The translations under genes and the position numbers were made by a program. DNA of 13,879 nt from an uncultured Opitutales bacterium (GTDB taxonomy: Bacteria; Verrucomicrobiota; Verrucomicrobiia; Opitutales; Intestinicryptomonadaceae): contig CAKUIA010000026.1 in assembly GCA_934660865.1 (NCBI GenBank), positions 1-13,879 of the forward strand. Reading direction: 5' to 3'. Of this stretch, positions 1 to 5,541 are shown piece by piece. Below the pieces are notes generated by a model. That model did not search any database, was not told where the DNA came from, and saw only the letters and a program-made list of their open reading frames with translations. Within the stretch, counting starts at the first letter, position 1. Every line of letters starts with the position of its first letter.

Positions 1-107
1 CGTAGAATGCGGAATAAAACTATGAAAAACAAATTACAAAAAAAACCTTATTCCACAACCTTTGGGGTTGACCCAAAAATGGGACATATAGATTATTAAC
101 AACTTAC

Positions 108-144
108 AAAAAAACGCCGCAAGCCACAAGCCTACGGCGTTTTT
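108..144 (-). terminator. Putative rho-independent terminator downstream of the tmRNA gene (hairpin usable on either strand)
   Basis: Inverted repeat aaaaacgccg (110-119) / cggcgttttt (135-144) with a 15-nt loop. On the minus strand the stem is followed by a 7-U run (A-run 108-114 on +). It lies about 95 nt beyond the tmRNA 3' CCA. The GC core of the stem is only 5 bp and the loop is large, so this is weak. Confidence 0.35.
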
Positions 145-236
145 CAGATAAAACTATTCTCTTTGGTGTTGCCTCACTTAAAAACGTTCCACACGAAAAA
201 ACAATTTTATAAATACATGATAATCAACACAAAAAA

Positions 237-588
237 TGGTGGAGATGGCGGGAGTTGAACCCGCGTCCTAAGGACTTTCATAAACGCCGTCTACATGCTT
301 AGTTTGCTTTATTGTTTCGATTTGCGCTTCGAGGCAAACACCCTTCGCATCTCTACCGCATTGTTGTTTGCGCGGGCACCCCAACGCGAAAAAGCGCCCG
401 TACTTTTCCCGATGTCGACGCTCGTTTCCGTTATCGGGAGTCGCGGAACGAACGTGTCGCTTAATTAAGCGGCAATAGCGTAATCTTCGCCATTTATATA
501 GTTTGTCGATACATTTTTACGGAGCCGAGTATCATCTCCGACATGCGAACGAATATTACGATTCTCAGTCGAATTCCGGAACATCCCC
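237..588 (-). ncRNA. ssrA: tmRNA (transfer-messenger RNA, SsrA), 352 nt
   Basis: The minus strand begins GGGGATGTTCCGGAATTCGACTGAGAATCG and ends GGACGCGGGTTCAACTCCCGCCATCTCCACCA. This gives a tRNA-Ala-like acceptor stem (5' GGGGAUG pairs with CAUCUCC, including the G3:U wobble), a T-arm GGGTTCAACTCCC and an encoded CCA. An internal tag frame ends ...GAA GAT TAC GCT ATT GCC GCT TAA. Confidence 0.93.
465..491 (-). other. tmRNA tag-peptide reading frame, probable tag (A)GEDYAIAA then stop
   Basis: Minus strand reads GGC GAA GAT TAC GCT ATT GCC GCT TAA, giving G-E-D-Y-A-I-A-A-stop. This matches the usual ...xxYA(L/I)AA degradation-tag ending. The resume codon is inferred; it could begin one codon earlier at AAT. 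Confidence 0.55.
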
Positions 589-709
589 GTTATCCGTGCA
601 ATATTTGTTCTGCCCAACATTATATCGTACTTGTCAAGGGACGTTTTAAATTGTTTTTTGACGCAATTTTTTACTTTACCAAGCTTAATTGTTTTTTTGA
701 TGAATGGTG

Positions 710-739
710 TTGACTTTTAGGGCTTTTTGTGTATGTTTG
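710..739 (+). promoter_or_regulatory. Putative promoter for the PFOR gene
   Basis: TTGACT (710-715), a 16-nt spacer, then TATGTT (732-737). The same stretch, TATGTTTG (732-739), also fits the Bacteroidetes-type -7 motif TAnnTTTG. It sits about 45 nt upstream of the ATG at 783. Motif reading only. Confidence 0.3.
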
Positions 740-782
740 GGCACAAAATTTTAATATCACAAAGAACACTAAAAGATAGATT

Positions 783-3700
783 ATGAAAAATAAGAATAGC
801 GTAATTACCGATGCGAACGAAGCGGTAGCTTCGGTCGCTTTTCGAGTTAGCGAAACTATTGCTATTTACCCCATAACGCCGTCCTCGCCTATGGCAGAGT
901 TCTGCGAAGAATGGGCCGTAAAGGGCAAGAAAAACATTTGGGGCTTAACACCCGATATTTCCCAGCTACAGAGCGAAGGCGGTGTTTCGGGTGCCGTTCA
1001 CGGCGCGCTTAACACGGGCACTTTAATGACTTCGTTTACGGCCAGCCAGGGCCTGCTTTTGATGATTCCGAACATGTACAAAATAGCGGGCGAACTTACC
1101 AGCTTCGTACTTCACGTTTCGGCAAGGGCTTTGGCTTCGCACGGCTTGTCTATTTTCGGCGACCAGGGCGACGTTATGGCATGCCGCCAAACGGGCTTTG
1201 CAATGCTTTGCTCGAACAGTGTTCAGGAAGCGCACGATATGGCCATGATTGCCCATGCCGCCACCCTCGAAAGCAGAGTTCCGTTCATTCACTTCTTCGA
1301 CGGCTTTAGAACCTCGCACGAAATCAACACCTACGAAATGATTTCCGACGAAGTAGTAGAACAGATGATTCCCTACGAAAAGGTTATAGAGCACCGCCAG
1401 CGTGCCCTTAGCCCCGAAAAGCCCTTTATCAGAGGCACGGCCCAAAATCCCGACGTATTTTTCCAGTCTATCGAAGCGAGAAATCCCTTCTACGACAAGT
1501 GCCCCGCCATTGTTCAGGCGCAGATGGACAAGTTCGCAAAATTGACGGGCCGCCAATACCACGTTTACGAATATGTCGGCGCAGCCGACGCCGAACAGGT
1601 TGTTGTAATTATGGGTTCGGGCGCCGAAACTGTTGAAGAAACCGTAAAATACCTGAACGCCAAAGGCGAAAAATTCGGCGTATTAAAGGTTCATTTGTAC
1701 AGGCCTTTCGACGTAAAAATGTTTGTAGACCAGCTGCCCAAAACCGCAAAAACCATTGTTGTTATGGACAGAACACGCGAACAGGGCTCGGCTGCAGAAC
1801 CCCTTTTCCTGGACGTTGCAACCGCAATTTCGCAGGCACGCTCGCAGGGTATCTGCCAAAAGTCGTTCGACCCGTCCATTATCGGCGGCGTATACGGCTT
1901 GGGCTCTAAAGAATTTGTACCCGCAATGGTTAAGGCGATTTTCGAAAACGCAAAAAGCGCAAACCCGAAACCCCGCTTTACCGTTGGCATTAACGACGAC
2001 GTTACCCACAGGTCTTTGCCCTACGACGAATCTTTCGACCTCGAAAGCGACAAGGTTTTGCGTGCCGTATTCTTCGGCTTGGGTTCCGACGGTACTGTTG
2101 GCGCAAACAAGAACACCATTAAAATTATCGGTAAGGAAACCCCCAACTATGCACAGGCCTACTTTGTGTACGACTCCAAAAAGAGCGGCGGCATAACGGT
2201 TTCGCACTTGCGTTTCGGCCCCGAAGAAATCAAGGCGCCCTACCTTATCGGTTCGGCCCAGTTTGTGGGCGTTCACCAGTTCTCGTTTATGGAAAAGCTC
2301 GACGTGCTTAAATGCGCGGCCGAAGGCGCGGTATTCCTGCTAAACTCCATTCACGACGCAAACACTGTTTGGAACTACCTTAACAAAGACGTTCAAAAGA
2401 CCATTATCGACAAAAAGCTTAAGTTCTATGTAATAGACGCCTACAAGGTTGCTGGCGAAATGGGCATGGGCGGCCGCATTAACACCATAATGCAAACTTG
2501 CTACTTCGCAATTTCGGGCGTATTGCCCGCCGACGAAGCCATAGCAAAAATCAAGGCTTCCATCGAAAAGACCTACGGCAAGAAAGGCCCCGAAGTTGTC
2601 AAGAAGAACTTTGCCGCTGTAGATGCTTCGGTTTCGAACCTGCAAAAGGTTGAAGTTCCCGCCGCAGTTTCGGCAACCGAAGGCTTTAAGCCCACGGTTT
2701 CCGACAAGGCTCCCGACTTTGTAAAGAACGTAACCGCAGTTATGATGAGAAACGAAGGCGACAGCCTCCCCGTTTCGGCAATGCCTGTAGACGGCACATG
2801 GCCCTCGGCCACTACAAAGTGGGAAAAGCGCAACATTGCGTTGTTCGTTCCCGCGTGGAACCCCGCTGCCTGCATACAGTGCGGCAAGTGCTCGGAAATT
2901 TGCCCCCACGGCGCAATCCGCACAAAGGCATATCCCGAAGAACTGCTTAAAGACGCTCCCGCAACATTCAAGAGCACAAAATTCCGCTCGAAGGATTTTG
3001 CAAACTGCGCCTTTACGGTGCAAGTTGCGGTTGAAGACTGCTCCGGTTGCGGTTTGTGCGTAAGCGTATGCCCCGCAAAAGACAAGGCAGACCCCTCAAA
3101 GAAGGCCATAAATATGACCGAGCAAGAACCCATACGCGAAGCCGAAGCCAAGAACTTCGAATTCTTTATGAACTTGCCCAACCCCGACAGAACAAAGCTT
3201 GGCAACCTGCCCAAAGACGTGCAGTTGCGCCAGCCCCTGTTCGAATTTTCGGGCGCATGTGCAGGCTGCGGCGAAACTCCGTATGTAAAAATGCTTACCC
3301 AGTTGTTCGGCGACAGGCTTTTGGTTGCAAATGCAACGGGCTGCTCTTCTATTTACAGCGGCAACTTGCCCACAACCCCCTACTGCACCAACCCCGAAGG
3401 CAGGGGTCCGGCATGGGCAAACTCGTTGTTCGAAGACAACGCGGAATTCGGTTTCGGCTACAGGCAGTCGTTAGACGTTAAAGAAGCATTTGCAAAAGAC
3501 TTGCTTACAAAGTTTGCCTCCAAGTTTGGCGACGACTTTGTAAACGAAATTGTAAACGCCGACCAAAGCACCGAAGCCGGCATAATTAAGCAGCGCGAAA
3601 GAGTTGCGGCCCTCAAAGAAAAGTTGGCCTTAGACAACTCGAAAGAAGCTATGCTTTTGAAACCCATTGCCGACGACCTCGTTAAAAAGAGCGTTTGGAT

Positions 3701-4325
3701 AATCGGCGGCGACGGCTGGGCATACGATATCGGCTACGGCGGCTTAGACCACGTTTTGGCAAGCGGCAAGAATGTAAACGTTCTTGTTTTGGATACCGAA
3801 GTATACTCGAATACGGGCGGTCAGATGAGCAAATCTACACCTATTGGCGCGGTTGCAAAATTCGCTTCCAAGGGCAAATCTATGCCCAAGAAGAATCTCG
3901 GCTTGTTGGCTATGGACTACGGCAATGTATATGTTGCCCAAGTTTCGATGGGTGCAAAAGACGCGCAGGTTGTAAAAGCCTTCACCGAAGCAAATTCGTA
4001 CGAAGGCCCCTCGCTGATTATCGCATACAGCCACTGTATCTCGCACGGCTACAACTTGGTAAACGGCCCCGACCAGCAAAAGAAAGCGGTAGAATCGGGT
4101 TATTGGCCCTTGTTCAGATTCGACCCCAGACTAAGAGGCGAAGGCAAAAACCCCTTCATGCTCGATTGCGCAGATCCCAAGATTCCCGTAACCGACTACA
4201 TGATGGCCGAAAACCGCTTCAAGATGTTGCAAAGGTCTAATCCCGAAAGAGCTGCATTGCTTGCAAAAGAAGCTCAGGAATTTGTGGATTACCGCTGGGC
4301 AAAGTACAAGAAGTTGGCCGAATAG
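783..4325 (+). CDS. nifJ: Pyruvate:ferredoxin (flavodoxin) oxidoreductase, single-polypeptide PFOR
   Basis: 1180 aa is the typical length for a fused PFOR. The N-terminus is the diagnostic MKNK..DANEAVASVAFRVSETIAIYPITPSSPMAE pyrimidine-binding region. There are two 4Fe-4S ferredoxin motifs, CIQCGKCSEICP (Cys codon at 2871) and CSGCGLCVSVCP. The ACAGCGETPY atypical cluster region and the TPP-binding motif GGDGWAYDIGYGGLDH..LDTEVYSNTGGQ are present. The C-terminal YWPLFRFDPR is typical of the family. Confidence 0.97.
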   Translation: MKNKNSVITDANEAVASVAFRVSETIAIYPITPSSPMAEFCEEWAVKGKKNIWGLTPDISQLQSEGGVSGAVHGALNTGTLMTSFTASQGLLLMIPNMYKIAGELTSFVLHVSARALASHGLSIFGDQGDVMACRQTGFAMLCSNSVQEAHDMAMIAHAATLESRVPFIHFFDGFRTSHEINTYEMISDEVVEQMIPYEKVIEHRQRALSPEKPFIRGTAQNPDVFFQSIEARNPFYDKCPAIVQAQMDKFAKLTGRQYHVYEYVGAADAEQVVVIMGSGAETVEETVKYLNAKGEKFGVLKVHLYRPFDVKMFVDQLPKTAKTIVVMDRTREQGSAAEPLFLDVATAISQARSQGICQKSFDPSIIGGVYGLGSKEFVPAMVKAIFENAKSANPKPRFTVGINDDVTHRSLPYDESFDLESDKVLRAVFFGLGSDGTVGANKNTIKIIGKETPNYAQAYFVYDSKKSGGITVSHLRFGPEEIKAPYLIGSAQFVGVHQFSFMEKLDVLKCAAEGAVFLLNSIHDANTVWNYLNKDVQKTIIDKKLKFYVIDAYKVAGEMGMGGRINTIMQTCYFAISGVLPADEAIAKIKASIEKTYGKKGPEVVKKNFAAVDASVSNLQKVEVPAAVSATEGFKPTVSDKAPDFVKNVTAVMMRNEGDSLPVSAMPVDGTWPSATTKWEKRNIALFVPAWNPAACIQCGKCSEICPHGAIRTKAYPEELLKDAPATFKSTKFRSKDFANCAFTVQVAVEDCSGCGLCVSVCPAKDKADPSKKAINMTEQEPIREAEAKNFEFFMNLPNPDRTKLGNLPKDVQLRQPLFEFSGACAGCGETPYVKMLTQLFGDRLLVANATGCSSIYSGNLPTTPYCTNPEGRGPAWANSLFEDNAEFGFGYRQSLDVKEAFAKDLLTKFASKFGDDFVNEIVNADQSTEAGIIKQRERVAALKEKLALDNSKEAMLLKPIADDLVKKSVWIIGGDGWAYDIGYGGLDHVLASGKNVNVLVLDTEVYSNTGGQMSKSTPIGAVAKFASKGKSMPKKNLGLLAMDYGNVYVAQVSMGAKDAQVVKAFTEANSYEGPSLIIAYSHCISHGYNLVNGPDQQKKAVESGYWPLFRFDPRLRGEGKNPFMLDCADPKIPVTDYMMAENRFKMLQRSNPERAALLAKEAQEFVDYRWAKYKKLAE

Positions 4326-4353
4326 TTTCCGTACATTCTTGACAAATAATTGG

Positions 4354-4384
4354 GAGCTGCCCGAAAAGGGGCAGCTCTTTTTTT
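4354..4384 (+). terminator. Rho-independent terminator of the PFOR gene
   Basis: Perfect 9-bp GC-rich stem gagctgccc (4354-4362) / gggcagctc (4369-4377), a 6-nt loop gaaaag, then a T7 run (4378-4384). It starts 29 nt after the stop codon. Confidence 0.85.
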
Positions 4385-4584
4385 ACAGATAATTAACTGC
4401 CGCAAACAGATAAAATTTACCTAGCAACCCACAATGCAGATTTTGCCAAAGTAAAATATAAATTACGCACAAAGCGTGTGTAAAATTGCTATATTGCAAA
4501 AAGGCGTAATTGGTAAGATTGGGCAACTTTTAGCCGCTATTGTATATTTACAATTTTTGTGTTTTCCGATAATATTTAAGAAAA

Positions 4585-5454
4585 ATGAAGGACATAGAGA
4601 AAATGGAATATACAACACTAAATAACGGAGTAAAAATGCCGATGGAGGGCTTCGGCGTATTTCAGGTTAGCGATGCCGCGGTATGCGAACGCGCGGTATT
4701 AGACGCCGTCGAAGAAGGCTATCGCAACATAGACACGGCTGCGGCCTACTTTAACGAAGAGGCCGTAGGCAACGCCATACGCAAATGCGGCGTTGCGCGC
4801 AAAGAGCTTTTTATAACAACAAAACTTTGGATTCAAGACGCAGGCTACGAAAACGCAAAAAAGGCGTTCGAAACGTCTATGGAAAAACTGGGGCTGGATT
4901 ATTTGGACTTATACCTTATCCACCAGCCTTTCGGAGACTATTACGGCTCTTGGCGCGCAATGGAAGAACTGCATAAAAAGGGCCTAATACGCGCAATAGG
5001 CGTAAGCAATTTCCAGCCGGACCGCCTTGCCGACCTATGCGCCAATGCCGAAATTAAACCCGCCGTAAACCAGATAGAGCTGCACCCCTTCTACGCCCAG
5101 CCAAACGCGCTAAAATATATGCAATCCGAAAAAATCTGCCCCGAGGCCTGGGGGCCTTTGGCCGAGGGCAAACACGGGATTTTCTCGCACCCCGTGCTTG
5201 CGCAAATAGGCAAAAAATACGGCAAAAGCGCGGCTCAAGTTGCGTTAAGGTGGAACACCCAGCGCGGCGTTGTTATAATTCCAAAATCCACCCACCGCGA
5301 ACGCATAAGGGAAAACCTAAATATTTGGGATTTTCGCCTTAACGACGCCGAAATGGCGGAAATTTCGGCTCTCGATTTGGGGCATAGCGAAATTATAGAC
5401 CACCGAAACCCCGAAACCGTAAAATGGCTTAACAGCCACAAAATACACGAATAA
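4585..5454 (+). CDS. Aldo/keto reductase (DkgA / YtbE / YvgN-like NADPH-dependent glyoxal or diketogluconate reductase type)
   Basis: The AKR catalytic tetrad context is readable: [11 protein letters not shown] (Asp, Tyr), ITTKLW (Lys), LYLIHQP (His). The C-terminal cofactor motif [14 protein letters not shown] and the family motif [16 protein letters not shown] are also present. The second in-frame ATG at 4603 (MEYTTLNNG...) gives a more typical family N-terminus and may be the real start. Confidence 0.9.
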   Translation: MKDIEKMEYTTLNNGVKMPMEGFGVFQVSDAAVCERAVLDAVEEGYRNIDTAAAYFNEEAVGNAIRKCGVARKELFITTKLWIQDAGYENAKKAFETSMEKLGLDYLDLYLIHQPFGDYYGSWRAMEELHKKGLIRAIGVSNFQPDRLADLCANAEIKPAVNQIELHPFYAQPNALKYMQSEKICPEAWGPLAEGKHGIFSHPVLAQIGKKYGKSAAQVALRWNTQRGVVIIPKSTHRERIRENLNIWDFRLNDAEMAEISALDLGHSEIIDHRNPETVKWLNSHKIHE

Positions 5455-5470
5455 CAGCGCCAAACATAAC

Positions 5471-5512
5471 AAAAAAAGGCGAAGCATTGGTTTTGCGTGC
5501 TTCGCTTTTTTT
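5471..5512. terminator. Bidirectional rho-independent terminator shared by the convergent reductase gene and the TIR-TPR gene
   Basis: Stem gcgaagca (5479-5486) / tgcttcgc (5498-5505) with an 11-nt loop. It is flanked by A7 (5471-5477) on the left and T7 (5506-5512) on the right, so either strand reads stem plus U-run. It sits between the stop at 5454 (+) and the stop at 5542 (-). Confidence 0.75.
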
Positions 5513-5541
5513 GGCATTAAACTGCGGCGGCATTAAAAAAT

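Noticed and set aside
1-588. The accessory operon as a genomic island integrated at ssrA
   Set aside because: Islands integrate at the 3' end of ssrA (coordinates below 237 here). The operon lies about 5 kb away on the 5' side, beyond PFOR and the reductase. No duplicated ssrA 3' fragment, integrase or direct repeat is visible in the window.
619-637. Perfect TTGACA (632-637) and TATAAT (619-624) hexamers on the minus strand upstream of the tmRNA
   Set aside because: They are only 7 nt apart, so they cannot act together as a -35/-10 pair. TATAAT alone might serve as a -10 giving a ~24-nt RNase P-processed leader, but I found no properly spaced -35, so no promoter is called.
1023-4240. Numerous 60-230-aa ORFs on both strands inside the PFOR gene (e.g. 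1023-1562 -, 1683-2276 -, 2340-3023 -, 2573-3214 -, 3047-3481 +, 3695-4240 +)
   Set aside because: All are fully nested in a confidently identified 1180-aa CDS. Their translations are Arg/Ala/Cys-rich, low-information sequences typical of off-frame reading of a coding region.
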